Below, in pieces: positions 1 to 9,901 of a DNA stretch of 64,000 nt. The position numbers and the translations under genes were made by a program. Numbering within the stretch: the first letter of the stretch is position 1; each line of letters begins with the position of its first letter. This DNA comes from a virus. The notes below the pieces were generated by a model. It saw only the letters and a program-made list of their open reading frames with translations, did not search any database and had not been told where the DNA came from. The stretch covers positions 26,869-90,868 of IMG/VR virus record IMGVR_UViG_3300024348_000017. One strand, 5' to 3'.

Positions 1-193
1 TGCGCACTGGTTGCTTCACACCGTACTCCAGATTGATTGTTTCACCCTCGACTCTAACGCCGAACAAAAAAATCGTAACCCACTGTAATAAATTGAACGT
101 GTATCCGAATAACTTAATCATAATTATTAATTTAATGGTTGTGTGAAAAAAAAATGAACGGCGGTGGATGGATCACACCCACCGCGTCCAGAA

Positions 194-439
194 TTACGCT
201 GTAACCGCTTCTGGTTTCACCTTCTTAGGTGCACCACGCTTGATCACTTCACCGGCTGCAATTTTAGATGCACGATCGGCTAATTTCTTCTGGCGTGCTG
301 ATTCACCAGACGCTGGACGTCCCCTACCAATTGATCCACCCGCTGCTGCGCGTGCTGCTCTAGCTGCTAAACGTGCTTGACGTGCTGATGTTCCTACTAC
401 TGGACGACCTCTTTGTGTTGATTTGTTTTCTGTTGACAT
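194..439 (-). CDS. small basic AT-hook-like DNA-binding protein
   Basis: 81 aa, Arg/Lys/Ala-rich, two RGRP motifs plus KRGAP; promoter-like motif upstream. Confidence 0.6.
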   Translation of the reverse strand: MSTENKSTQRGRPVVGTSARQARLAARAARAAAGGSIGRGRPASGESARQKKLADRASKIAAGEVIKRGAPKKVKPEAVTA

Positions 440-505
440 AACCTGTTTTTTTTTATTATTTAATTTTATATTATAAATGTCTGGACAAAACGTTGCCCAA
501 ACAAC

Positions 506-712
506 TTATTTAACGAATACCTTTTGCATTGTATCTAAACCATAACTTACTCCGGCGTGAAAAATTTCCATTACATCTAACGCACCATCAACCTCAACGG
601 ATATCTTTACCTGTCCCGTTTCGTCTGGTTCATTTAATACTACTATTTTATCACCCATATTTTTCTGTAGGTAAGATAAACGCTCTACTTGTGTGAAAAT
701 TTCTACTTTCAT
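506..712 (-). CDS. hypothetical protein
   Basis: 68-aa ORF preceded by AAAGTTATG start context and promoter motif. Confidence 0.6.
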   Translation of the reverse strand: MKVEIFTQVERLSYLQKNMGDKIVVLNEPDETGQVKISVEVDGALDVMEIFHAGVSYGLDTMQKVFVK

Positions 713-772
713 AACTTTTATTTTAATTTATTATACCATCAATGTACGAAAAAAACTCCGACCGAACAAAAC

Positions 773-1423
773 CTATCGTCGAGTACTTTTCGGACGCCCA
801 CGTTTACCTCCAGTACGCACCTTAGTGGCTGCCTTCTGGCCGACCCTCTGGGTGATCACCGCTTGAGTAAGCGCTGGGCGTCCCCTTTTACCCGCGGGCT
901 TCTTTTCTGCGGATACCACCCGTACAACAGTACTAGCTGGTCTACCACGTTTCCCACCACTGCGCGTTGATCGTTCTATCTTAGCCGTGTCACGAGCTAA
1001 TTTAACCGCTGGGTCCAGAGCTGGACGTCCCCTGCGTCCACCCTCAACTTTCACCTTCACCTTATCGCCGCGTAAAACAGCACGTTCAGCAGCTGCCGCC
1101 TCACGCTCCTCACGGCGCGTCATTAGGTCCAGTGTTGCTTGGTGCTTAATGAGTGCTGGATGCACAATCACCTGATCAATATCATAGTGTCGTACACCAC
1201 CTCCATTATCGCGTACCTCAAAACCACCGTTTGGATAAAACCGAGCACCAGGCTCGTGTTGCTTTATTAATGTAAACGTCTCACCCGATTCATAAAAAAA
1301 CGGGGCTGGGAGTACACGTTGTCCAGGACGGAAACGTAACAATTCGGGCTCCACATCCTCATACGCATTGTATGTGCCGAGCTTCGCTCCACCGACGATA
1401 AAATCTCTTTCTATTACTTTCAT
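773..1423 (-). CDS. protein with four C-terminal AT-hook (G[RK]RGRP) motifs
   Basis: GRRGRP, GKRGRP, GKRGRP, GKRGRPK; start moved to MKVIER because the promoter motif occupies 1441-1466. Confidence 0.7.
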   Translation of the reverse strand: MKVIERDFIVGGAKLGTYNAYEDVEPELLRFRPGQRVLPAPFFYESGETFTLIKQHEPGARFYPNGGFEVRDNGGGVRHYDIDQVIVHPALIKHQATLDLMTRREEREAAAAERAVLRGDKVKVKVEGGRRGRPALDPAVKLARDTAKIERSTRSGGKRGRPASTVVRVVSAEKKPAGKRGRPALTQAVITQRVGQKAATKVRTGGKRGRPKSTRR

Positions 1424-1440
1424 ATCTTTAATTATTATAA

Positions 1441-1466
1441 CGTCAATATACGAACAAAACTCTGCC
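1441..1466 (-). promoter_or_regulatory. bipartite phage promoter GGCA-N10-CG-TAyATTnA
   Basis: GGCA gagttttgtt CG TATATTGA; same motif recurs before many genes. Confidence 0.65.
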
Positions 1467-1905
1467 ACAACAAAACACTATACACATACAAAAAAACAAA
1501 TGAAATTGGGTGGAAGATACGACTCCACTTTGACAAAACCAAACTTACTTTACGACAAAAAAGTTATAGACGCGGTGAAGGTACGACAAAATCTTGCCCA
1601 CTCCAAATTTAGTTGTGCGTCACAAAAGCGCAGTCGTGCGTCACAAAAATAGGGATGTGGGGGACAAAATGTTCATAAAGAAAAGTGTGGAGTGCGTGCA
1701 GAAAAAACAGGACGAAACCCAATCACCAACACCCATTATCAACCAACTCGTCACATACTATAATACAACCGAACAAAATATTACGCTATTACAAAACAAC
1801 GTTGATATATGTTGGACAAAAGTGGTACATGTTGCTACAAAAATTTAACTAATGTGTGACAAAAAAGCGCGTTATTTGCGCAGTAAACGCGCAAAAAAAC
1901 GCATG
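1450..1905. repeat. non-coding region with 14 ACAAAA A-tract repeats
   Basis: ACAAAA at 1454,1470,1488,1533,1555,1586,1622,1643,1664,1773,1791,1816,1837,1859; GTGCGTCACAAAA direct repeat. Confidence 0.6.
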
Positions 1906-1909
1906 TAAT

Positions 1910-2146
1910 CTACGATTTAACTATTTGCTCGTATGGTACCCAATCGTAAGTAGCGTCGAATTTATTAGGTAATGCTAACAAAAACTCGTCGTTATGACCC
2001 TTAGCTATTCCTACCGTCCCATATCCCTCACAAATGTACGCTACCATAAACCCAGGTTTCAATTTGCTATATTCCTCTACCATATCGAAATCCCAAGGCA
2101 TGTCCGAATCATTTTCGTCACACCATTGCTTACTAAAGTCTGCCAT
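1910..2146 (-). CDS. hypothetical protein
   Basis: ORF; likely start MADFSKQW. Confidence 0.55.
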   Translation of the reverse strand: MADFSKQWCDENDSDMPWDFDMVEEYSKLKPGFMVAYICEGYGTVGIAKGHNDEFLLALPNKFDATYDWVPYEQIVKS

Positions 2147-2224
2147 CTTATTATTATTTACTGTTATTAATCTGAATTTACGTTTCGTTCCCATACTAGT
2201 GTTTGTAAATAATCACTATTGTGA

Positions 2225-2578
2225 TTAGTGCTTGTGTGGTGATCTGAATTGTATATGTTTCCCTATAGCGTCCTCGTCTGCCTCCTCGTTCGTTACATAA
2301 TGCGTTCCTTCGTTTCCGTTCTGCCCTATAACATCCATTCGTTTATTCGCTTCTTCCTCGTCCCAACTATCCGCATCATGATTTACACACGGATATTTCT
2401 TGATGTTGATTTCCATTCTATTATTTACCTTATAATCAAATATCATTCCCTCTAATGCATCTTTTACCAAATTAATATCATGGTTAAAGATCATATTCAT
2501 ATAGCCTTTATAATCAATATGTGCAATTGAGTAGTTGCCCTTATCGTCTATTAATTTCAATTCAATTTCTTTTATCAT
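2225..2578 (-). CDS. hypothetical protein
   Basis: 117-aa ORF in tightly packed minus-strand run. Confidence 0.55.
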   Translation of the reverse strand: MIKEIELKLIDDKGNYSIAHIDYKGYMNMIFNHDINLVKDALEGMIFDYKVNNRMEINIKKYPCVNHDADSWDEEEANKRMDVIGQNGNEGTHYVTNEEADEDAIGKHIQFRSPHKH

Positions 2579-2579
2579 C

Positions 2580-2795
2580 TTAATATTGTTTTATGTTATC
2601 AATATACGCTTGGTCCATTGCCTCCTCCATCTGTTTCCCAATGTTGAATACCTTTATCTGTAGTTCCTTAATCTTATCCTCATATTCATCCATCAATTCC
2701 TGATCGGTCACGTCTAGTCTTAGTCTACTCTCATACCAATTTAATTGCTCTAAATAGCGATCATACATCGCCTTCATATCTGCTATACTAATCAT
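2580..2795 (-). CDS. hypothetical coiled-coil protein
   Basis: 71-aa ORF abutting neighbours. Confidence 0.55.
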   Translation of the reverse strand: MISIADMKAMYDRYLEQLNWYESRLRLDVTDQELMDEYEDKIKELQIKVFNIGKQMEEAMDQAYIDNIKQY

Positions 2796-2983
2796 TATCC
2801 TACATTTATTTCGTCTAATTTAACTTTACCATTTTGCCAATCCACCCATTGCTCATATGATAATGATTTAACCTTATCTGCATCAATACCATACTTCTCT
2901 ATTGCTTCTGCTCCATATCGATCAATGTAATCATCAACTACTTTCATATATCGTCTATAATCAAGTTCGGTATATATTTTCAT
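2795..2983 (-). CDS. hypothetical protein
   Basis: 62-aa ORF, stop/start overlap with the next gene. Confidence 0.55.
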   Translation of the reverse strand: MKIYTELDYRRYMKVVDDYIDRYGAEAIEKYGIDADKVKSLSYEQWVDWQNGKVKLDEINVG

Positions 2984-2989
2984 TTATCC

Positions 2990-3343
2990 TTATTTATCAA
3001 TTATTGTATATGCACCCCCTAACTCAATACTATTACCATTTTCATCCCTGAACCATATTCTATCATTGTTATATCCATATCCTATCCTCGTTGTGTGGTA
3101 TATTGTTCCATCTGCTGCTCGTACCTCATAGTTGTGGTGTTCTGCTGGTAATGTTGCTAGTAGGTAGAATATTACTCCTACTAGTGTTAGGAATATTAAC
3201 CACTTACTGAATTTTACTAGCTGTGGTAATGTAGTTGGTTCTTCGTTTCTTTCTGTAAATAGTCCCATATTATATATTTTATCTCTATCATGATCAAATC
3301 CTATCTTCTCAACTTCTTTCTCTGTTATTTTTACCTTATTCAT
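2990..3343 (-). CDS. hypothetical membrane protein
   Basis: single hydrophobic segment WLIFLTLVGVIFYLLA. Confidence 0.6.
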   Translation of the reverse strand: MNKVKITEKEVEKIGFDHDRDKIYNMGLFTERNEEPTTLPQLVKFSKWLIFLTLVGVIFYLLATLPAEHHNYEVRAADGTIYHTTRIGYGYNNDRIWFRDENGNSIELGGAYTIIDK

Positions 3344-3545
3344 TATGTGCTGGGTTATCGTTTGCCTCTAATGCTTCGTTATAACCATCAATATGTCCTT
3401 GATCGTATGCTCGTTCCTTCTCTGTTTCTAATATTGTTTCGTCCTCTTCCCTAAGCGTTTCAACTAGGTTCTCAAATGATGTATTCGTTTCGTATCGTTT
3501 CCTAATGTATGCTATTAGTTGCTCTAATGGTGTTAAATTATTCAT
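3336..3545 (-). CDS. hypothetical protein
   Basis: 69-aa ORF. Confidence 0.55.
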   Translation of the reverse strand: MNNLTPLEQLIAYIRKRYETNTSFENLVETLREEDETILETEKERAYDQGHIDGYNEALEANDNPAHNE

Positions 3546-3606
3546 AATGAATCGTATATACGTATTTAAGTATTGTGTGGTGTGTCCACCACTTTGAGGC
3601 TGAATT

Positions 3607-3849
3607 TTAGGGTGCGATCATTTGTTTCAATATTGCATCTGCTCGTTCTTCTAATTCGAACCATTCCATGTCACTATAGTCTGCGTTATAGCATTCGAAT
3701 TTAATTTCTTTACTTTTACGACCCATATCTATAAGTACTAGTACATTGTATTCGTCTCCTAAGTTACGTCCCATTGTTTCTTTAACTCGGTCTGCACTGT
3801 CACGTGGAAATTGAGTAGGTAGTCTTACTATGAATATTGGTTTAGCCAT
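3607..3849 (-). CDS. hypothetical protein
   Basis: 80-aa ORF. Confidence 0.55.
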   Translation of the reverse strand: MAKPIFIVRLPTQFPRDSADRVKETMGRNLGDEYNVLVLIDMGRKSKEIKFECYNADYSDMEWFELEERADAILKQMIAP

Positions 3850-3850
3850 G

Positions 3851-4090
3851 TTATTTTATATTTTTGTCTTGTTTCCACTTAGTATTCTTATCATTCTCAT
3901 TTAACGCCTCTTCTATTAGGTTACGTAGTGTTTTGGACATGTAATATAATCCAAGTATCGCTCCTACTACTAACATTATCCCAATTACATAAGCCGGAAA
4001 TATGAATATGAATACTAGTATTGCTATTAGTATTGACATTATAGTCATTGTAATTTTATTTGCTCGTTTTCTATTATTAGTAGTCTCCAT
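3851..4090 (-). CDS. hypothetical 2-TM membrane protein
   Basis: long hydrophobic hairpin. Confidence 0.6.
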   Translation of the reverse strand: METTNNRKRANKITMTIMSILIAILVFIFIFPAYVIGIMLVVGAILGLYYMSKTLRNLIEEALNENDKNTKWKQDKNIK

Positions 4091-4271
4091 TTTGAATGAA
4101 TTTTGATTTAAATTGCATATCGTGATTTAATTGGTCTTCCGCTAATATACGTTCTTTATTTTGCTCCCACCACTGCTCGAATTTTCTACGTGGTTCGTTG
4201 ATTTGTATTTCCATTTGTTCTTGTTCCCATTGTATAACGTTTGGGTCCTTGTCGTTGTTGTAAATTGCCAT
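4077..4271 (-). CDS. hypothetical protein
   Basis: 64-aa ORF. Confidence 0.5.
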   Translation of the reverse strand: MAIYNNDKDPNVIQWEQEQMEIQINEPRRKFEQWWEQNKERILAEDQLNHDMQFKSKFIQNGDY

Positions 4272-4318
4272 ACTATTTAATTTTATTTATGTTGGTTTTC
4301 GTAGCGTTGTTCGTCTTG

Positions 4319-4600
4319 TTATAATGATGCTTTATAATCTTCATCTGCATCAGCATTACTTATTACTCTGTATTGTCCATTTACTATTCTATCGTCTTCA
4401 GTAAAGCCAGCACTGTCATATTCTGGTTCATCATCTTCATTACTATCCATTTCATATATTACTAAATCGATTTCATCACGTACTTTGTCTATTAGGTTAT
4501 TTACTGCATTAGCGTCTAATAGTTTGTGTTCTGAATAGTGTGTTATTGCTATGTTTAAGCAGTAATACATTTCGTTTAATTCCTTTAATGTTAATTTCAT
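4319..4600 (-). CDS. hypothetical acidic protein
   Basis: start moved to MKLTLKEL, downstream of the promoter motif at 4618-4643. Confidence 0.55.
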   Translation of the reverse strand: MKLTLKELNEMYYCLNIAITHYSEHKLLDANAVNNLIDKVRDEIDLVIYEMDSNEDDEPEYDSAGFTEDDRIVNGQYRVISNADADEDYKASL

Positions 4601-4617
4601 ATTTTTTAATTTTATAA

Positions 4618-4643
4618 CGTCAATGTACGAACGGAGCCCTGCC
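4618..4643 (-). promoter_or_regulatory. bipartite phage promoter
   Basis: GGCA gggctccgtt CG TACATTGA; near-identical to the copy at 5507-5531. Confidence 0.7.
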
Positions 4644-4687
4644 AAGCACTAAGGAAGCGCCTTAATGGCGCTCCTTAATATACTTGA

Positions 4688-5473
4688 CTATTTACTAATC
4701 AATGTTAATTTATCTGTATCGGCACATAACTGCTTAAATTCATCCGCTGTTATGTTATTCATATTATCTACTCTAATTGTGTGTGACTCAATCATACCTG
4801 TTGTTAGGTTAGTAAGCGCTACACTGCTATTCTCACCTGTTAAGATATATTGATTCTCATCTTCATGTTTATATCTGTTACCTACTTTATGGGTAATGAA
4901 TAGTTCTGGAAAATCAGATTCAATTTGGTCTTTAAGGAATGATACTTTAGCTAATTCTTTGATTTGCTCTAGGCTTGATACTACGATCGCTTTCATACTG
5001 TATTGTTTTAATTGGTTATCGTCAATATACGATTTCTGTTCTGCCCCAACTAATACTAGATCACGTTCATTGTAGCTATTTGTTTCGCCATTCGACCAAG
5101 CAACATATATACCTAAATCACAATTTTTAATATCACTAATAATACCATCGGTATCAATTGGATTCCAAGTATTTTCAACACCATACCAAATTGAATCATC
5201 ACTAATCATTACTTTATCACCTACTTTGAATTTTGATTTCACTTTAGTCTCAGTTTGTTCTACTGCTGGGCAGAAATGAGCAGCGAATTTATCTTTAGGA
5301 ATAACAATGTCTATACCTCGTCCTGATGCTTTGTCCATTAAATAACCATTAGGACCATAATCGTCCCAATAAACGAATTTTTGACCTACTCTACAACGAT
5401 CACCATTGAAATCGGTAAAACCTTTGTAACACTCATAAACGACGCCTTGTTGTGGCTTAATTGATTTACTCAT
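4688..5473 (-). CDS. hypothetical protein with KFKVGD (SH3/KOW-like) modules
   Basis: FKVGDKV, HKVGNRY, CRVGQKF motifs typical of phage YorP/SH3-like domains. Confidence 0.55.
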   Translation of the reverse strand: MSKSIKPQQGVVYECYKGFTDFNGDRCRVGQKFVYWDDYGPNGYLMDKASGRGIDIVIPKDKFAAHFCPAVEQTETKVKSKFKVGDKVMISDDSIWYGVENTWNPIDTDGIISDIKNCDLGIYVAWSNGETNSYNERDLVLVGAEQKSYIDDNQLKQYSMKAIVVSSLEQIKELAKVSFLKDQIESDFPELFITHKVGNRYKHEDENQYILTGENSSVALTNLTTGMIESHTIRVDNMNNITADEFKQLCADTDKLTLISK

Positions 5474-5506
5474 AACTTTTATTTTATTTTTAATTATTTA
5501 ATATAC

Positions 5507-5531
5507 GTCAATGTACGAACGGGACCCTGCC
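5507..5531 (-). promoter_or_regulatory. bipartite phage promoter
   Basis: GGCA gggtcccgtt CG TACATTGA. Confidence 0.7.
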
Positions 5532-5535
5532 CAAT

Positions 5536-6576
5536 CTATCCTATTCTTATAGATTCATCATTATTCATCGTTAATATGGCTGTTGGTGCATTAGTAAATG
5601 TAAATGGGTTAGTTGGTATTGCTTGTTCCGTTACATCACGTTCAACTTCACCAAATTCTTCATCAGTACGTAATCCAGGGAATGTTAAAGCATCTCTCAT
5701 CCTAGTTACTATATCGGCAGTTTGGTGTTCTGTTTCTAATGCTGCTCTAAATCTTCTATTCTTTTTCTCAAAACACTCATCTTCCACTTTCATTTTTAAT
5801 TCTTCACTACATAGATCTTTATTAGTGATTTTTTTATTTATTTCCTCCTTAACAATATTAAAGATATTACCATCAACATCTACTTCATCCCAACTTACTT
5901 CTCTATCAACCGCATTCCATAATGTTGAACGCTCATATTCGCTGTCATAGTATTTCTGAGTTGCTATTTTATATCCTGTTTTCTTATTTAAGATATAAAT
6001 TAATGCTCCTCTATCCCAATAACGATGGAAGTGTTGTGGTTCGTGTATAGCGGTAGTGCACCATTTAGTCGCTGCTCCATATTTACATGAAGCTGAGAAT
6101 GTTAGTGGACGTAATACTAACCAAGTATCATCTTCAAATACCCTAACGATTTGAGCAGCCATATCCTTATCCATCGTTTTTAAATGAGCTATTGAGATGG
6201 CGTTTGATATATCATTAAATGTCTTATACTTTAAAATGTCATTTTCATCTATTAGACTTCTTTCATTTAAGTCCATAAACTCAATTAACGTTTTAATATT
6301 ATCACCATTCATATTATCAACAGCTAAATAAACCATCCTTAAATGAGAATCAGGTAATCCGTTAACAATACCATTTGCAATCCCATATTTCGTTAAAACA
6401 TCTCTAAAATAGTCTAAATCTTGGGTTGTGGTTCTGTTTTGGAGTTCATTTGTAATAACTTTAGACAACATAGGAAGATATTTATTCTTCTCTGTTGGAT
6501 CTATCATTGATAAGACATCTACTATTGACATTGATATCAATGGAAATTTCTCCTTCAAATCTTTAATTCGACTCAT
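5536..6576 (-). CDS. uncharacterised large-phage protein with ASCKYG..TKWC motif
   Basis: 346 aa; WCT motif family recurrent in large phages. Confidence 0.6.
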   Translation of the reverse strand: MSRIKDLKEKFPLISMSIVDVLSMIDPTEKNKYLPMLSKVITNELQNRTTTQDLDYFRDVLTKYGIANGIVNGLPDSHLRMVYLAVDNMNGDNIKTLIEFMDLNERSLIDENDILKYKTFNDISNAISIAHLKTMDKDMAAQIVRVFEDDTWLVLRPLTFSASCKYGAATKWCTTAIHEPQHFHRYWDRGALIYILNKKTGYKIATQKYYDSEYERSTLWNAVDREVSWDEVDVDGNIFNIVKEEINKKITNKDLCSEELKMKVEDECFEKKNRRFRAALETEHQTADIVTRMRDALTFPGLRTDEEFGEVERDVTEQAIPTNPFTFTNAPTAILTMNNDESIRIG

Positions 6577-6577
6577 A

Positions 6578-7129
6578 CTAGTCTTTTAAATATAATCTAT
6601 TATAATTGTATAATGCTACAGGGTTATCTTCAACTAATAATTCGTAATTAGTCATTACGTGGTCGTAAGCGTCTTGTAGTGGTTCATTTATAACTTCACC
6701 TAATAATTGAGCGAAGTAATTATTTGAAGCGTCTACTTGATCTTGTTCTGTACCTGGTAATCCACAGTATGTTGCTTCGCTTATTTCACTAATGAACATA
6801 CCACTGTATAATCCTTTTAAATCATGTTTATTAACGAACTGATCTGCATTACACCAAATGAATATACATTCTTTGTTTCTTAATAACTCAACATTTTTAT
6901 CATTAATGATGAATCCACTATAATCTAAAGTTTTGAACTTAGCACAGCTAAATAAACCACTAGGCGAACCATGCCCCATCATATAGATACAATCGTGTTG
7001 TTCTATTAATTGATTTACTTCTTTTTTAGATATCCCACCCGTTACAATAGTAGCGTTGGTTATATGTTCATATATCGGCTTTAGGAAATCTGTACTCGGA
7101 TCGTCCGGGTGAATTATTAATGTTTTCAT
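6578..7129 (-). CDS. possible caspase-hemoglobinase (clan CD) fold protein
   Basis: hydrophobic strand-GHGS and FIWC, spaced like a His/Cys dyad. Confidence 0.4.
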   Translation of the reverse strand: MKTLIIHPDDPSTDFLKPIYEHITNATIVTGGISKKEVNQLIEQHDCIYMMGHGSPSGLFSCAKFKTLDYSGFIINDKNVELLRNKECIFIWCNADQFVNKHDLKGLYSGMFISEISEATYCGLPGTEQDQVDASNNYFAQLLGEVINEPLQDAYDHVMTNYELLVEDNPVALYNYNRLYLKD

Positions 7130-7166
7130 AACATAAAGATAGGCAACTTGCGTTGCCCATCCTAGT

Positions 7167-7472
7167 TTATTTATTTGGATCTAAATCCGTATCATCATCA
7201 TTGTCATAATTGAACCAATCATCATTTGGAGAGATTGCATCCGTTAATTCATCTAAGGTATTATACGCTCTTTGCAAGTCGTTATTAATCATTCCTAGGT
7301 TATAACCTAATTTGATTTGGTTAAAATCATTAGCTACTAACTCAGAAATTCGATCAGTTGCTTCGTCTAATGCTGTGTAAATTTTAATTAACTCATCAAA
7401 TTGCTCTTGAGTTAATACGATTTGCTTTTGTTCTGGTTCCAGTTTTGCTGGTGTTTTTTTAGCTTTTGCCAT
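7167..7472 (-). CDS. hypothetical protein
   Basis: 101-aa helical ORF. Confidence 0.55.
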   Translation of the reverse strand: MAKAKKTPAKLEPEQKQIVLTQEQFDELIKIYTALDEATDRISELVANDFNQIKLGYNLGMINNDLQRAYNTLDELTDAISPNDDWFNYDNDDDTDLDPNK

Positions 7473-7637
7473 AATTGTATTTTTATTTTATTTTAATATA
7501 AATCATCTTCAAGGCCAATCCAATTATTCCTCCACCATTTAGTGAATTTAGGATACTTATTTCTAAGTGCTATTGACTCACCCAATACTAATGTTAGGAA
7601 GAATACTACTGAGAATAAACAGAATATTAATAGTATT

Positions 7638-7907
7638 TTATAAATCATTACTATCTTCGTTTAACTCCATATTGAGTGTTAATAATATATCGCTTTCGTG
7701 CCCTTCAATAATTTCAGTCATTAATTGTTTAAATGATTCGAAATCATCAGTTAGATAGGCATCCATTATAGCATCTATCATTACACATTTAGCATCATGC
7801 GATGAATGAATCAAATAGTTATAGCTTGTATCTAAATCATCAAACATTTTAGACTTGATATCAGATATCATCATATCGCTTAAAACGCGTTCATTGTTTC
7901 TTGACAT
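7638..7907 (-). CDS. hypothetical acidic protein
   Basis: 89-aa ORF. Confidence 0.55.
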   Translation of the reverse strand: MSRNNERVLSDMMISDIKSKMFDDLDTSYNYLIHSSHDAKCVMIDAIMDAYLTDDFESFKQLMTEIIEGHESDILLTLNMELNEDSNDL

Positions 7908-7924
7908 AACTTTTATTTTAATAA

Positions 7925-8137
7925 TTAATAATTCTCATCATGCTCATCCCACTCACTACTATAATCATCTTCCACTTCACCATAGTAAGTAAATTCACCA
8001 GCCTCATCTAAATCTTCATAATAAGTCTCTAAAGTACCAATGAAATCTTCTAAATCGAAATTTTCAGGATGGCCGTTGTGACTTAATGTTGCGTTAGCGG
8101 CTACAATCAATTCTTTTAAAATGTCTTTAATTTCCAT
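7925..8137 (-). CDS. hypothetical acidic protein
   Basis: 70-aa ORF. Confidence 0.55.
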   Translation of the reverse strand: MEIKDILKELIVAANATLSHNGHPENFDLEDFIGTLETYYEDLDEAGEFTYYGEVEDDYSSEWDEHDENY

Positions 8138-8570
8138 TTGTTATTTTATTTTTCTTGCTATAAATATACTGAATAAATTCTGACAATGTACCTTCAAATT
8201 GAAGCATTTCTTCTTCCACTTCATCTTTACTCATTCTAAATTCTGCTTTAAATGCCTTGTACATTTCCTCTAATATCTTAGTTTCGTCCTTCTCGTAATC
8301 ATTATTTAAACGACGCTTACGCTCCCCAAACATACATCTAATTTCATGTTGTTTATCTGGGTTGGGTTCATTCGTTATAGATTGTTTCTCTAATTCTGTT
8401 TCCCACATTACCTGCCAATGATAATCACTCACTTCGAAATCACCATTTGCTACACGTTCGTCTAAACGTCTATAGTGATGAAGTGATTGGCGTGGTTGGA
8501 ATCGTCTCCACCAATAGAATCTGTTATAATTCTGTTTGCTGTATGTTGCTATTCTGTCTTTTAACTCCAT
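8127..8570 (-). CDS. hypothetical protein
   Basis: 147-aa ORF. Confidence 0.6.
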   Translation of the reverse strand: MELKDRIATYSKQNYNRFYWWRRFQPRQSLHHYRRLDERVANGDFEVSDYHWQVMWETELEKQSITNEPNPDKQHEIRCMFGERKRRLNNDYEKDETKILEEMYKAFKAEFRMSKDEVEEEMLQFEGTLSEFIQYIYSKKNKITNGN

Positions 8571-8761
8571 TTTCTAGTAAAGTTAGGATCGTTTTTAAGT
8601 AAATACTCGAATTCTTCTATTTTTAATATTCTAAATGTACCTTCTGGGTCTTCTACTAACCAATTATCATACAACCAATCATCTAAATCACCCACATCAG
8701 ACTTTCTCCATAATTCATCCATTTCATTACCATAATTATCGTATAATATTTTTAACTCCAT
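8561..8761 (-). CDS. hypothetical protein
   Basis: 66-aa ORF. Confidence 0.5.
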   Translation of the reverse strand: MELKILYDNYGNEMDELWRKSDVGDLDDWLYDNWLVEDPEGTFRILKIEEFEYLLKNDPNFTRKWS

Positions 8762-8788
8762 AACGTAAATGTATGACTGTTGTTTTGA

Positions 8789-9868
8789 CTATTCGAAATC
8801 TCTAATTGCAATTACTTTAGGAAAACGAGGTATTCCATCTTCAGTTAATTCAAAGTATTTAACTGTGGCTTGCTTACCTATTAAATCGTTTCGTTTTAAT
8901 AATTCAGCCAAGTATTCCCAATCCCCATTAACAGCAGATTCGAATGGTTTGCCGTTGATTTCGAATTGCAATTTACCAACTTTACCTGTTAAGTTACCTT
9001 TACCTTCAATCACACCCAATATTGTAAACTCAGCATCAACGAATGACTTATGTTTTAATAATGATTTAGAACGTTTATTTTCATATAGTGAATCGGTTCT
9101 TAATATTTGTCCTTCGTAACCTGCACTTACATAATCGAAATAATAAGCGTGTAAGTCATTTAAGTTATCAACTTGATCTGTTTGTACTTTAACACAGCAA
9201 TCTGGTAGGTTAAAGTCTCTTAATTCTTCAAATCGCTCTATAAATGTACCATCTACACTAGGAATATCATAAACCCAGTACTGTATTTTCTTAGATGTTT
9301 CTAAATCAGCTGCTGTTGGTTTCGTCTTACGAACGCAAGATATAATTGTATTGAAATCAGCTACATCCTTATTAGCATATAATTCACCATCTAATATTAA
9401 GTCAGGATTCTGTTCGAACCATGGCTTTAATGCCTCATAAATGTGAGGTGCAGATATAATTTGCTTACCGTTTCTACTCCACATTCCATCTTCCCTAATG
9501 ATACATCTAATACCATCTAGTTTTGGTTGTGAGTAAATTGGAAATTTGACTTTATTCTTGTAATCAAGGTAATCATGAGCCAACATCGGTTTGAAATAGA
9601 CAGGTGTGTCTATGTGTTCAAGTGCACTCCAATAACCTAAGTCTTTACGTTTAGTGTACATTGCTTCTACCTCAGCGTGAGCTTGCTGTTCGTCTGTAGT
9701 AGCATTTTTCTTACCTACATTTTTAGCTTTACATTCTGTCCATTCAGACGTCACTGATTTGCCATCTAAGAAACCACTAATTGTTCTGAAGCAATTGTCT
9801 TCTACTTCTGCTCTCCAGGTTGATACTTTCCCCGTAACGGAGCGCTTATACAGCATTGGATAATTCAT
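8789..9868 (-). CDS. lig: ATP-dependent DNA ligase
   Basis: motif I QPKLDG, LDGELY, YEGQILR, RSKSLLK, PRFP OB-domain end. Confidence 0.95.
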   Translation of the reverse strand: MNYPMLYKRSVTGKVSTWRAEVEDNCFRTISGFLDGKSVTSEWTECKAKNVGKKNATTDEQQAHAEVEAMYTKRKDLGYWSALEHIDTPVYFKPMLAHDYLDYKNKVKFPIYSQPKLDGIRCIIREDGMWSRNGKQIISAPHIYEALKPWFEQNPDLILDGELYANKDVADFNTIISCVRKTKPTAADLETSKKIQYWVYDIPSVDGTFIERFEELRDFNLPDCCVKVQTDQVDNLNDLHAYYFDYVSAGYEGQILRTDSLYENKRSKSLLKHKSFVDAEFTILGVIEGKGNLTGKVGKLQFEINGKPFESAVNGDWEYLAELLKRNDLIGKQATVKYFELTEDGIPRFPKVIAIRDFE

Positions 9869-9901
9869 AACTATTAATTTTTGGTATACGTAAATATACG
9901 C

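Noticed and set aside
1450-1905. CRISPR array
   Set aside because: Repeats are only 6-13 bp with irregular spacing. The Cas4-like nuclease at 40304 is a common stand-alone phage gene.
7493-7640. Membrane-protein-like frame (IKILLIFCLF...WWRNNWIG) without an ATG
   Set aside because: No standard start in frame; could be an ATA start or a frameshift, but this cannot be supported from the sequence alone.
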